DNA of 64,000 nucleotides. Origin: Spirochaetales bacterium. Its GTDB lineage: Bacteria > Spirochaetota > Spirochaetia > SZUA-6 > JAFGRV01. Made by a program: the position numbers and the translations under genes. The stretch spans positions 31,340 through 95,339 of the forward strand of contig JAFGHO010000016.1 in assembly GCA_016930085.1 (NCBI GenBank), in the 5' to 3' direction. The notes below the pieces were generated by a model. That model made no database searches, was not told the DNA's origin, and saw only the letters and a list, made by a program, of their open reading frames with translations. Of the stretch, positions 10,253 to 19,733 are shown piece after piece; position 1 is the stretch's first letter; each line of letters starts with the position of its first letter.

Positions 10253-11233
10253 ATGCTTTTTCCTATGAACAGCCTCAATAACCTTATACCCCTTATACAA
10301 GACGAGAAGCATGTGTTTATCCAGACACATAACTTCCCCGATCATGATTCGGTCGCTTCGGCCTTCGGGCTGCAATATCTTTTAAAGCAGCGGGGAATCA
10401 CCTCGTTTCTCATTTACGAGGGAACGGTCCAGCGTGATTCGTTACGCCAGCTCATCGAACATCTTAAAATCCCTATAGCGCATGCGGGTACCCATCATAT
10501 TACGGAAAAGGACAAGATTATTATCGTCGACGGCTGTAAGGGGAACAAAAACGTAACGGATCTTGTCGGGGACGAGGTCGCGGTCATCGACCACCATGAA
10601 GTGACTTCACCGGATGACGTCCGTTTCAGCGACATACGGCCCCACTATGGCGCCTGTTCGACGATCATTTACGAATATTTCACCGGCCTTCGTATCGTAC
10701 CTCCGGTGCCGATCGGGACGGCCCTGCTCGCCGGGCTTCTCATGGATACGGCGCTGATGAGCCGCGGGGTTTCCGAGGAGGACCTGGCCGCTTATTCCGG
10801 TCTTTATCCCGCATCCAATATCGGTTTTGTCAATTCAAACCTGAGAAATTATATTCAGACAAAGGACCTCGAGTTCTTCGAAAAGGCGATCAAAAACTCA
10901 CGGATACAGGAATCATTCGCATTCTGTTATTTCGATGAGGGCTGCAATCAGAATCTTCTTGGTATTATCGGCGATTTTTTCCTTGCCCTGCGTGAAGTCG
11001 ATCTGGTTTTTCTCTGCGCCGACAATGAGGTCCAGATCAATTTTTCACTCAGAAGCGAAGCCCCCTGCTGGAACGCCGCGCTTATCATTCAGGAGGTGCT
11101 TCGCGGAATCGGGTTCGGAGGGGGGCATGCCGATATGGCGGGAGGAATCGTCAAGGACATAGCCTTATTCAATCCGGAGGACATCTTTGTAAAGCTCGGG
11201 CGGGTACTCCGGGAATCGAAAGCCGCGGTATAA
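10253..11233 (+). CDS. DHH/DHHA1 phosphoesterase (NrnA-like bifunctional oligoribonuclease/pAp phosphatase)
   Basis: The DHH motif 'HNFPDHDSVASAFGL' and the metal site 'IIVDGCKG...IDHHE' are present. The DHHA1 motif 'GFGGGHADMAGG' is also present. Confidence 0.7.
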   Translation: MLFPMNSLNNLIPLIQDEKHVFIQTHNFPDHDSVASAFGLQYLLKQRGITSFLIYEGTVQRDSLRQLIEHLKIPIAHAGTHHITEKDKIIIVDGCKGNKNVTDLVGDEVAVIDHHEVTSPDDVRFSDIRPHYGACSTIIYEYFTGLRIVPPVPIGTALLAGLLMDTALMSRGVSEEDLAAYSGLYPASNIGFVNSNLRNYIQTKDLEFFEKAIKNSRIQESFAFCYFDEGCNQNLLGIIGDFFLALREVDLVFLCADNEVQINFSLRSEAPCWNAALIIQEVLRGIGFGGGHADMAGGIVKDIALFNPEDIFVKLGRVLRESKAAV

Positions 11234-11238
11234 GACCG

Positions 11239-11766
11239 ATGCGGCAAAAGAACGAGCGGGTATCCGGAACATTGCCCCCAAAAAAGGCACTGAGTGTCGA
11301 AACCAATGATATCGTCCTTCCCGGCGATACGAATAAATACAACACCCTCTTCGGCGGCCGTCTCATGGAAATGGTGGACAAAGCCGCGGCAATCTGTTCG
11401 GCGCGATACTGTCACGAAGAAGTGGTCACCGCGTCGATCGAGGCGGTCGATTTTCATATTCCTATCAAAGAAGGTTATTTTGTCAGGATTACGGCAACAC
11501 TCATCTTTACGGGGACATCGTCGATGCTTGTCCGGGTCCGCGTCCTTGGAGAAGAACCGGTCACCGGGAAAAGCGAACACTGCTGTACGGCCTATGTCAC
11601 GATGGTCGCTATCGATACCGGCGGAAAACCGAAAGCCGTCCCGCCTCTTCTGGTCGAAACGGAAGAAGAAAAGCTCGACCGGGAAGAAGGATACCGCATC
11701 AGGGAAAGCACGCAGAAACGCAGGAAGGGGATGGGCGAAACGCACTCAGAAAAACGGTTCGGATAG
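11239..11766 (+). CDS. Acyl-CoA thioesterase (hotdog fold, YciA-like)
   Basis: 'LPGDTNKYNTLFGGRLMEMVDKAAAICSARY' matches the hotdog acyl-CoA hydrolase block. The C-terminus is a basic tail. Confidence 0.6.
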   Translation: MRQKNERVSGTLPPKKALSVETNDIVLPGDTNKYNTLFGGRLMEMVDKAAAICSARYCHEEVVTASIEAVDFHIPIKEGYFVRITATLIFTGTSSMLVRVRVLGEEPVTGKSEHCCTAYVTMVAIDTGGKPKAVPPLLVETEEEKLDREEGYRIRESTQKRRKGMGETHSEKRFG

Positions 11767-11847
11767 CACGCATCGCATTGCGGAAATATCTTTTATGGTT
11801 TTGTTGCGATGACATAATGTGCCCGGCCGGGTTCTTCGGCGTGTCGT

Positions 11848-13542
11848 TCACAAAACAGTCGTTTTGATATACTCGCCGTTCGAGTATTCTTCTTCCTTTA
11901 TTTTTATATCGTCTTCCCAGAATTCCTGAATACCTTCTTTTTTCCCGTCGATAAAATTCACCTTTGACGACAGACTTCCGTCTTCATTCCACCATATCCA
12001 CTCGCCGTCCCGCCTGCCGTCCTTGTAGTCGCCGCAGCAGTATTTTTCTCCATTGCCGTGGTATATAACGCTTTCACCGTGCTCGAGTCCTTCTGAATAC
12101 ATTGACGTGCTGAACACATTTCCCTCGCCGTTATAGGCGACAAATTCGCCTTCAAGCCTGCCGTTTTTATAGTGTGCCTCGAGGGATTTGTTTCCGTTCT
12201 CATCGTAAACGATATAATCGCCGCTGCCGTCAGCGATCAGCAATCTTCCGCCCGCGGACCAGAACCGTATAAGTCTGATATGTTCCCCGGTATGATCGAA
12301 CTCATCCCTCATCCGGCCGCTTTCATACCATGATTTCCAGAGACCGGTTTTTCGGCCGTTTTTTATTTCACCCCGCGAGAGCAGCTCGCCGCTGTCGTAA
12401 AAAGACGAATAGATGCCGTTTGCCTCACTTACCATCGTTTCTCCGCCGACAGAATGGGCTTCGATAATCAATCGCTCCTCATCGCCTGTATATTCAACAA
12501 TTTCTTTTATTGATCCGTTTTCATACCAGTATTTCCAGACCCCGATGGGTTTGTCGAGTTCGTACTCCCCCTCGTTCGATATCGTCCCGTCATCATAATA
12601 GTTTTTCCAGACCCCTTTCTGCCTGCCGTATTCATAGGTCCCTTCCAGTGTCACGGCTCCTTCCTCGCTAAAGAGGCGCACCGGTCCGTGCAGGAGTCCC
12701 TTGCTGTAATATTCCTCCGAAGATTGTTTCCCGTTCGGATAATAAAAGTTCGCCGCGCCGTCTTTACGGTTATTTCTGAAATTGATGACCGCTATCAGCG
12801 TACCGTCTTCGTTCCAGTATCGCCATTCGCCTTCCGCCCGGTTCCACATCATTCGCCCCTGAAACTGTTTCGCCCCTGAAGGATAACAATGTGTATATTC
12901 CCTGTTGATCAAACCAAAAAGGAAAACACAAAAAGCCAGCAGGAATGCACCCATGACAAGCCCGAATATTTTTTTTAGTTTCGGATATCGCGGCGGCAGT
13001 CCATTGGTTAACTCGCCGTTCACCCTGACATCGTCCGGTTTGTTGATCGAGAATTTGAACCCCTCGTATATCGCGATCAGATAAAATAGAAAATCCATTG
13101 GTTGAGCCGATTCGGCGATTAATTGAGGGATCAAGGTGAATGGAACGGATGAAACGACATCAAGGATATTGATCTTCGCTTCTACCGCATAAAAACCGTA
13201 TTGACTGAAAACATTTCCCAAAAGACAGCCGAACAATGCAACGGCCGCCCCGACGATCCCGAAAACAGGTTTGTCGCTTTGACCGAAAAACCTGATACTC
13301 AACCCGACCAGCGCGCCGACGCCCATGGCCATGAAACCGATCTGGTATCTGGTCGCGACCGTAATGAGCGCCCAGATAAAGGCGCCCACTATACTTGCAC
13401 ATATACCACTTAAGACCGCCAAAAGCATGCTTTGCGGGATATTTATATAGTGTGTTTCCCTGACGGCGTTATTTTCGTTTTCCATATACACTCCCGTTAC
13501 CATCATAGTGGAGGCGGCCGCGAGTTGCAAGTTTTTTTTCAC
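11848..13542 (-). CDS. Membrane-anchored MORN/YwqK-type repeat protein
   Basis: The N-terminal third has several TM helices. The rest is many tandem 'G.W..YY.NG......Y.NG...G' repeats (e.g. 'GVWKYWYENGSIKEIVEY', 'GLWKSWYESGRMRDEFDH'). Confidence 0.5.
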   Translation of the reverse strand: MKKNLQLAAASTMMVTGVYMENENNAVRETHYINIPQSMLLAVLSGICASIVGAFIWALITVATRYQIGFMAMGVGALVGLSIRFFGQSDKPVFGIVGAAVALFGCLLGNVFSQYGFYAVEAKINILDVVSSVPFTLIPQLIAESAQPMDFLFYLIAIYEGFKFSINKPDDVRVNGELTNGLPPRYPKLKKIFGLVMGAFLLAFCVFLFGLINREYTHCYPSGAKQFQGRMMWNRAEGEWRYWNEDGTLIAVINFRNNRKDGAANFYYPNGKQSSEEYYSKGLLHGPVRLFSEEGAVTLEGTYEYGRQKGVWKNYYDDGTISNEGEYELDKPIGVWKYWYENGSIKEIVEYTGDEERLIIEAHSVGGETMVSEANGIYSSFYDSGELLSRGEIKNGRKTGLWKSWYESGRMRDEFDHTGEHIRLIRFWSAGGRLLIADGSGDYIVYDENGNKSLEAHYKNGRLEGEFVAYNGEGNVFSTSMYSEGLEHGESVIYHGNGEKYCCGDYKDGRRDGEWIWWNEDGSLSSKVNFIDGKKEGIQEFWEDDIKIKEEEYSNGEYIKTTVL

Positions 13543-13638
13543 GTGACTCCGGATATGAGGTAAAAGCGGCTTCGAATTCGGGCCTCATAACCGGCATTAT
13601 ATTTCGGGAAAAACAACATCCTTCGGATTTCTTAAGGA

Positions 13639-14670
13639 TTAATGATTTATATCCAAAAACGCGATACCGTACTTGTCTCTTTTATAGTGAACGATCCCGT
13701 TCCTCCCTAAAAACGCCGATATATTCGAAGCGTTCTGTCCGGCGCTGATCATCTTATCCAAAAGGGGAAAAAGATGGCTGTCACTCGGAGGTTGATTCGT
13801 ATGAATGTAGCGGCTTTTTGGATTCGGTCTGAAGACGACAAGAATTTCCTGAAGCATCCCGACGCAGAATCCCGCTTCCGAAAAAGCGGCCCCCCCCGAA
13901 CACCCCGCACGCGTCTTTTTATCCGGATCTGAAAAGAAAATCCTCGATTCCTTGTCCAGGAGAAAAAAGGTAAGTAAATCGACGGTGTGCCTCGGGTATG
14001 GAAGATGTTTTTTGGACATCGGATCGGAAATAAGGCTGGTCGTTACCGGATCGAAAAGGATGTTTTTCAGGAGTTCGTCCTGAACAAAATCCTTCGTATC
14101 CGGATTTGAAAGCATTTCATCGAGATTGTTGAAAGAGATGATTCTGTGATTGTCGCTTCGAAGGAGGAAAGCGGAAGCCAGATAGGTCCCTTCATCGGAA
14201 GCAACCAGTTCGGGAGGAACGGCACGAAAAATTATCCTTGATCGCGGTTCGAGTACGGTGTCGTCTGAGAACACGACAAAAGGTACCGGCCCCTTGTGTT
14301 CAATCGACAGAACGGCAAGATCCTTCTCCCTGTCCGTCGCAATGGTGCGGGCCGGAATAAGTGCGTTGCCGTCATTGATGAAAATCTCTATATCCTTCTC
14401 ATATTGTGTAAACTCGATCACATGAAAGGCGGTGACAAGATATCCTTCTTCATTGACAAAAAAGCCCGTTCCGCCGGTTATATAGTAATCATTCTTTAAA
14501 AGGAGGACCTGGACGATCGCGCGGTCGTTTATCTCCTGTCTGCTTAAGCCGTCCAGTGGCGAAAGGATTCGCTCCGATACACCCTTTTGCGTCATGCACG
14601 CAGATATGACGAATAATAACAATACGATCCCTGTTATGGTGAAAATTTGTTTCATTCTCACCCCCCTCAC
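13639..14670 (-). CDS. Secreted trypsin-like (S1/DegP-family) serine peptidase
   Basis: A signal peptide is present. The 'GGTGFFVNEEGYLVTAFHVI' block carries a catalytic His. A likely Ser motif 'AGCSGGAAFSEAG' is also present. Confidence 0.55.
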   Translation of the reverse strand: MRGVRMKQIFTITGIVLLLFVISACMTQKGVSERILSPLDGLSRQEINDRAIVQVLLLKNDYYITGGTGFFVNEEGYLVTAFHVIEFTQYEKDIEIFINDGNALIPARTIATDREKDLAVLSIEHKGPVPFVVFSDDTVLEPRSRIIFRAVPPELVASDEGTYLASAFLLRSDNHRIISFNNLDEMLSNPDTKDFVQDELLKNILFDPVTTSLISDPMSKKHLPYPRHTVDLLTFFLLDKESRIFFSDPDKKTRAGCSGGAAFSEAGFCVGMLQEILVVFRPNPKSRYIHTNQPPSDSHLFPLLDKMISAGQNASNISAFLGRNGIVHYKRDKYGIAFLDINH

Positions 14671-14874
14671 TTAAAAAAAATCAAGAAAATACTCTTTGTA
14701 CTTTTTCCTCCTCTATATAAAAAATACTAAAATTTCGATCCGAAATCACTAAATTTCTGTCGGGTATTTTGGTTATTAATGCTAAACAGACAAACAACAA
14801 GCGAAGTATTACGGTGTGTGAAACCGTTACAGGAATGGAATCCCGTCAATCACGTTGATTGTTCTAAAAAACCA

Positions 14875-16467
14875 TTACTGTCCGGCAGGCAATATCATAT
14901 AAAATGAAACACCCCTGCCATCGCTGTTTTTTACGTCAATACGCCCCCCGTATCCTTCGATAATCGCTTTGGCAAGCGAAAGCCCCAGACCCGTATGATC
15001 GGCCTTTTTCCCTACTCCCGGCCTGAAACTGAAATACCGGTTAAAAATACGGTGAATATTTTCTTCCGGTATCCCCGGCCCCTGATCGCTGATGATGACG
15101 GTCGCCTGCGAATCATTCCGTTCCAGTTCGAGACTGATCGTTCCTCCGGACGGAGAGAAACTCACCGCATTATCTAAAATATTTTCGAACACCTGCTGCA
15201 GGCGCTCAGGTGAAGCGGAGAGTGTCACCGGATGTTCGGGAATCGACAGATCGAAGACGACTTTGTTTGTCCTCAGCCGAAATCCCTCAACAATATGCGA
15301 AAGCAGGATCCCCACATCGAGTTCCCTGCATTCTTCCGCCTCGAGACCGGTATCGATCCTGCTTATCTCCCGCGCCCCGACCAGAAGCCGTTCCATCCTT
15401 CCGACATCCCGTAATGCCATTCTGAGAAAATGTTCCCTCTCTTTTTTATTGTCGACTTCCAGGGCAATGTCGATCGCGGACCGTATCGATGCAAGGGGGT
15501 TCTTGAACTCGTGAGAAAGGTCCGATGCGAACGATTCGATAAAACTCATATGTTTGACCAGACGCTTTGTCAGTTCTTCCAGCGACCTTGTCAGGTCCCC
15601 TATCTCGTCCATTCTTTTCGTGTGCGTAAACAGGCGGGTGAGTCTGCCCCTGCGATCGAGAATGGCCTCCGCCTCGTTTCTGAGTTTTTTAACCGGTCTG
15701 GCTATCGTGGCCGAAAGTATGAAACTCAAAATAACGGCGACAAAAATAGAACCGAGCGATATCTTGAAAATATCCAGCCTTACTTCATAAAGATTGCTGA
15801 GTATTTTATATGTCGATTGTGATACCAGAACGGCGCCGATGACTTTTCCGTTTTTCCACACAGGCAGGGCGCTGTAAAGTGTTACCGACCGCTGCCCGCC
15901 TGCCGATATCCGCCAGACCGCTTTATACCGCCCCATGAGTGCGGCCTGTACCTCCGGGCCCATAATCGGTTTATCTGCGGCATAGAACTGGGAATCTTCG
16001 ACAGCGGGCAGCGGCGGCTGAAAAAAACGGCGGTAAAGGCGAAAAGGCCAGGTCGCAATTAAATACAGCCAGTCGTCCTCATCCGTCGTCTCCGCCGCAC
16101 CGATCTCATCGCCGGCCGCTTCATCATCGGGACGGTCCGCTTCCGCCACGGTGATTTCTTCGCCTACCCTGCTTGAATCGGCAAGAAGAATGCCCTCTTT
16201 TGAGATAACCCGCAACCGCGCGTCCGTTCGCTTCTTGAGATGGAAGAGAATTTCTTCCGCCACCTCGGGCCCAAAGCCGTCCCGCTCGGAAAGTGAGGCG
16301 GCCAGAAGCCGGCCCTGCTGTACCATGGAATCTTCCTGGGCTTTCAGCATCTGTTTTTCATAAGTATCGAGAAAAAGGAAACCGGCGACGGGGAGAAAAA
16401 CGACGAGAATATTGAATCCGAGAAGACGAATCGAAATTCGCGAAAGAAAGCGGAGAAAACCCGACAT
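14875..16467 (-). CDS. Sensor histidine kinase (HAMP-HisKA-HATPase)
   Basis: Two TM segments flank a periplasmic region. The H-box is 'DLSHEFKNPLASI'. The N and G boxes are 'ENILDNAVSF' and 'DQGPGIP...GLGLSLAKAII'. The likely start is 'MSGFL' at 16467, 1 nt after the upstream RR stop. Confidence 0.8.
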   Translation of the reverse strand: MSGFLRFLSRISIRLLGFNILVVFLPVAGFLFLDTYEKQMLKAQEDSMVQQGRLLAASLSERDGFGPEVAEEILFHLKKRTDARLRVISKEGILLADSSRVGEEITVAEADRPDDEAAGDEIGAAETTDEDDWLYLIATWPFRLYRRFFQPPLPAVEDSQFYAADKPIMGPEVQAALMGRYKAVWRISAGGQRSVTLYSALPVWKNGKVIGAVLVSQSTYKILSNLYEVRLDIFKISLGSIFVAVILSFILSATIARPVKKLRNEAEAILDRRGRLTRLFTHTKRMDEIGDLTRSLEELTKRLVKHMSFIESFASDLSHEFKNPLASIRSAIDIALEVDNKKEREHFLRMALRDVGRMERLLVGAREISRIDTGLEAEECRELDVGILLSHIVEGFRLRTNKVVFDLSIPEHPVTLSASPERLQQVFENILDNAVSFSPSGGTISLELERNDSQATVIISDQGPGIPEENIHRIFNRYFSFRPGVGKKADHTGLGLSLAKAIIEGYGGRIDVKNSDGRGVSFYMILPAGQ

Positions 16468-16468
16468 A

Positions 16469-17182
16469 CTACTCCATCCTGTAGCGGTATCCCAGGCCGT
16501 ACACCGTTTCAATACAGGAAAAATCGTCGTCGACCTGGAAAAACTTCTGCCTGAGCCGTTTTATATGACTGTCGATCGTTCTGTCACTGACGAATGTATT
16601 GTGTGGATATGCCTCCCTCATCAGTTGTTCCCTGTTTTTGACATGACCCGGATATTTCACCAGCGACAGGAGAAGCATGAATTCGGTGACGGTAAGATTG
16701 ACCTTTATTCCTTTCCACGTCACGGTATAACACTGCATGTCAAGATCGAGTTCACCCAGCGTCAACAGATCCTTTTCGTCTTTCTTTTGTGTCTGGAAGA
16801 GCAGGCGGCGGAAAAGGACCTTGATCCGCATCATGAGTTCACGCATGGAAAAAGGCTTGCAGAGGTAATCGTCACCCCCGATCTGAAGCCCGAGAATCCG
16901 GTCGAACTCCTCGTCCTTTGATGTGAGAAATATAACAGGAAGTGTCTCGGAAATGTTTCGTATCTTTCTGCAGAGTTCAAGGCCGTCCATTCTCGGCATG
17001 ATGATATCCAGGACCACGAGATCAGGCATCTTATCCTTGAAAGCCTCCCACGCGACGAAGCCATCGCTATACGAGAGGGGTATATATCCCTCTTTTTTCA
17101 ATGCGTATGAGACGGTCTCCCTTATATTCTCCTCATCGTCGACAATCGCGACAAAGCGTTTTCGCGTTCCCGGATCTTCCAT
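16469..17182 (-). CDS. OmpR/PhoB-family response regulator
   Basis: The receiver is 'RFVAIVDDEENIRETV...LVVLDIIMPRMDGLEL'. The winged-helix trans_reg_C is 'VKNREQLMREAYP...RTIDSHIKRLRQKF...IETVYGLGYRY'. It is translationally coupled to the downstream kinase. Confidence 0.8.
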   Translation of the reverse strand: MEDPGTRKRFVAIVDDEENIRETVSYALKKEGYIPLSYSDGFVAWEAFKDKMPDLVVLDIIMPRMDGLELCRKIRNISETLPVIFLTSKDEEFDRILGLQIGGDDYLCKPFSMRELMMRIKVLFRRLLFQTQKKDEKDLLTLGELDLDMQCYTVTWKGIKVNLTVTEFMLLLSLVKYPGHVKNREQLMREAYPHNTFVSDRTIDSHIKRLRQKFFQVDDDFSCIETVYGLGYRYRME

Positions 17183-17399
17183 GAAAACACTATAGCATGT
17201 GAGAGAATACTGGTAAAGTAGAGACGGCAGGGCCAAAATTCCCGAATGCCTTATTTTTGCCACAATTCCTCCACATTTCAAATATAATTATAACCGATGC
17301 TCATTATGATTGTACTCGGTTATTCATGATGCGTTACGTTGAATTATTGAGGTAGTGTTGAAAACCTCAATCAGCCGTATTCAGAAGAAGGAAAAAAAT

Positions 17400-17507
17400 A
17401 TGATTATAGCAATGGCTATTCCGAGCGGTGTTTTCATGCTTCTTGGGTTTTTTGTTTTGATTATCATGGCGATCCTCATGTGGAATTCGCAGGAAGAAAA
17501 AAAGTAA
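17400..17507 (+). CDS. Putative 35-aa hydrophobic single-TM mini-protein
   Basis: An AGAAGGA RBS lies 6-7 nt upstream of the ATG. The product is MIIAMAIPSGVFMLLGFFVLIIMAILMWNSQEEKK, a hydrophobic helix with a charged C-terminal tail. It converges on the 3' end of the WYL regulator gene. Confidence 0.25.
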   Translation: MIIAMAIPSGVFMLLGFFVLIIMAILMWNSQEEKK

Positions 17508-17525
17508 GGGTATTTGGTTATTGAT

Positions 17526-17555
17526 TAAAAAGCGGAATATCTCAGACTATTCCGC
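17526..17555 (-). terminator. Rho-independent terminator downstream of the WYL regulator gene
   Basis: An 8-bp stem gcggaata/tattccgc is followed, on the minus strand, by a TTTTT run. Confidence 0.5.
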
Positions 17556-17590
17556 ACCTGAATGACACAAAAGCGGCTTCATGTGAGCTT

Positions 17591-18598
17591 TCAGACCGGC
17601 GGATAATGCTTCAGCATGCGCTGCACCTCTTCACCGATCTGCTCCGCAAGATACGACGGTTCGAGTATTTTTGCATGAGCTCCATAGGAAAGTACCCATT
17701 TTTTTACATCGAATATTCCCGAGGTGTGGAGAGAGAGAATGATCGAACCGTCCGGCTGCTCTTCGATTTTCTGCTCCGCTGCCCATTTTCTTTCCCTGAT
17801 ATAATGTGCTATTTCGGCGGAAAACCATACCCGCGCCGAAACGGGATCTCCGAATGTCAGAACATATGCGGTATCAAGGACTTCTTCCGGATCAAATCCC
17901 TGCGGATATTCAAAATGACTTTCCAATACGGCAAGTTTTCTGATCCGTTCGACAGAGAGGATGCTGATGGAATCGTATTTGACCACCCTGACAAAAACAT
18001 ACAATCCACCGCCGTGCTGAAAGAGCTTTAGCGGATCAATCTGAAACAATTTCGGTGTATCCGAAGAAAAAGAATGGTAGGTAACGATGCAGCGTTTATA
18101 CTGAACGATCGAGTCGGTGAGATCGTCCAGAATATCTTCCTTTCCCGAATAATCTTTTAATCCCTGGCTGAAGGGGATAAAAATATCGTCCAGCTTTGTG
18201 ATGGACTGCTGATTTCTCAGATTATCGGGAAGAAAAATATCGAGTTTGTTTTTGAGGGAAAGCAAATACTGTTCGAGTTTCGTTGTCTTGAAAATGCTTC
18301 CCCTGCTGAAAAGAAAGAAAAGAAGGATGATTTCTTCTTTCGTAAGCTGCAAATCGGCCAAACTCAAATTGGGGAGCTTCGAAAGATACTGTTCGTCCAG
18401 TTTCCATTTTTTTGCTATTCCGTCCTCTGTTTTTCCCTCTTTGAGGGGGAAATTGAGTTCCTGCAATGTATCCAGAAGCCGGTAGACAGATCTGCGGCTT
18501 GTTTGGAGTTGTTCCTGGAGTTCGGTAATCGTCGCGCCTTCCGGTTGAGTCAGTATATTGATCGCCTTGAAAAGTTTTATCAGGTTCTTCCCGTACAT
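17591..18598 (-). CDS. HTH-WYL-WCX transcriptional regulator (CapW/BrxR-like)
   Basis: The N-terminal HTH is 'ATITELQEQLQTSRRSVYRLLDTL'. The WYL core is 'KRCIVTYHSFSSDTPKLFQIDPLKLFQHGGGLYVFV...ISILSVERIRKLAVLE'. A C-terminal WCX-like block is 'VWFSAEIAHYI...WVLSYGAHAKILEPSYL'. The ORF extends to 18685 with a hydrophobic 29-aa extension, so the true start is uncertain. Confidence 0.65.
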   Translation of the reverse strand: MYGKNLIKLFKAINILTQPEGATITELQEQLQTSRRSVYRLLDTLQELNFPLKEGKTEDGIAKKWKLDEQYLSKLPNLSLADLQLTKEEIILLFFLFSRGSIFKTTKLEQYLLSLKNKLDIFLPDNLRNQQSITKLDDIFIPFSQGLKDYSGKEDILDDLTDSIVQYKRCIVTYHSFSSDTPKLFQIDPLKLFQHGGGLYVFVRVVKYDSISILSVERIRKLAVLESHFEYPQGFDPEEVLDTAYVLTFGDPVSARVWFSAEIAHYIRERKWAAEQKIEEQPDGSIILSLHTSGIFDVKKWVLSYGAHAKILEPSYLAEQIGEEVQRMLKHYPPV

Positions 18599-18739
18599 GG
18601 AGATAAGTATAGTAAAAAAAAGCGATTTGTAAAATAAGGAAAGGGACAAAGTTATACGAAAACAACTCCGGTCAACCTTTGCCATCCCGTTTCACGGCAT
18701 TGATAGAATTTCGTTCGCCGACGACGTTCATATTCAGCG

Positions 18740-19732
18740 TTATTTTACGATAAAAACCGGCCTTTTCATCCTGAAAATAGCCCTGTTTTCATAGGTTCCG
18801 GCAGGAACAAAATATCTTTTTATTTTCTCCGGGGTAAATGTCATGACATCGTCGGTAACATAGAAATTATCGGGTTCCGCGAATTTCCTCCCCAAATGAA
18901 ACAATGAATTGATCGTATCAGAGATTATCTCGCCGGTATCCTCGGTAAAATAGAGGAGATTACCGAGATGCAACGCGATTCTGAATGAAATAAAGTTTGG
19001 AAAGAGTGATTCTTCAACATCATGAATATATTTATTCAGCATTATCCTGAAACCGCAGAGGACTGAAAGGCAGTCGGACCCGTTAAATGGAAATAAAACG
19101 ACCCCGCCCACGCCCGACCATATCCATATTCTCCCGTCAAAGGGTGTAACGTTTCTTTCGATAAATTTTGCAAAGGTGGTAATCGCCCTTTTGAGGTTTT
19201 TTCTCCCGTATTTTTTTTCCATTTCATTTTCACCGTCGAACTCGATAAACATGATGGAAAACGCATATTCACGGCCGGATGTGATTCCTTTCCAGCCCTG
19301 CGGTGAGATGATATATCTTGATTTTTTCTTTGATTGCTCGGGTTTTTTCCGTTCGTCATAATCACGCCTGTATTGCCGTATGTATTGTATCACTTTCTGA
19401 AAACGCTTTGTCGTAAACGCGGTTTCTAAAGCGCTTTTCCCGATATAATCGACCGCGCCGTCTGAAATCAACTGTCCGTAATCTTTTACTTTCCCTTTTG
19501 TATCGATAATTCCAAAAAACACCCCTTCGCCTTTGGAGAGGTAGCGAATCTCCTTTTCATATTCGGGAAGTCCGGAAATATCGAGATATACCACAATCGG
19601 TTTTTTCTGAGTCGGTATCTTTTTTTTCATTACCTCGACGCTGAACGATGTCACTGTCAGCTTTGATCTCCGGGTGAAAGCTTCAAGACGCTTTATCAGT
19701 CTCGTATTGTCGGAAAAAATCAGCAGTTCCAT
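18740..19732 (-). CDS. Receiver (REC)-domain protein fused to class-III nucleotidyl cyclase homology domain
   Basis: The N-terminus is REC-like: 'LLIFSDN' (β1), 'IVVYLDISGLPEYEKEI' (phospho-Asp position) and 'DYIGKS' (conserved Lys). The C-terminal cyclase blocks are 'AFSIMFIEFDG', 'GRIWIWSGVGGVVLF' and 'FRIALHLGNLLY'. Confidence 0.55.
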   Translation of the reverse strand: MELLIFSDNTRLIKRLEAFTRRSKLTVTSFSVEVMKKKIPTQKKPIVVYLDISGLPEYEKEIRYLSKGEGVFFGIIDTKGKVKDYGQLISDGAVDYIGKSALETAFTTKRFQKVIQYIRQYRRDYDERKKPEQSKKKSRYIISPQGWKGITSGREYAFSIMFIEFDGENEMEKKYGRKNLKRAITTFAKFIERNVTPFDGRIWIWSGVGGVVLFPFNGSDCLSVLCGFRIMLNKYIHDVEESLFPNFISFRIALHLGNLLYFTEDTGEIISDTINSLFHLGRKFAEPDNFYVTDDVMTFTPEKIKRYFVPAGTYENRAIFRMKRPVFIVK

Positions 19733-19733
19733 T

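Noticed and set aside
18599-18685. N-terminal 29-aa hydrophobic extension of the WYL regulator ORF (start at 18685)
   Set aside because: HTH-WYL regulators normally begin close to the HTH. The extension 'MAKVDRSCFRITLSLSLFYKSLFFTILIS' looks like an out-of-context frame. The internal Met at 18598 is preferred, although neither candidate start has a strong RBS.
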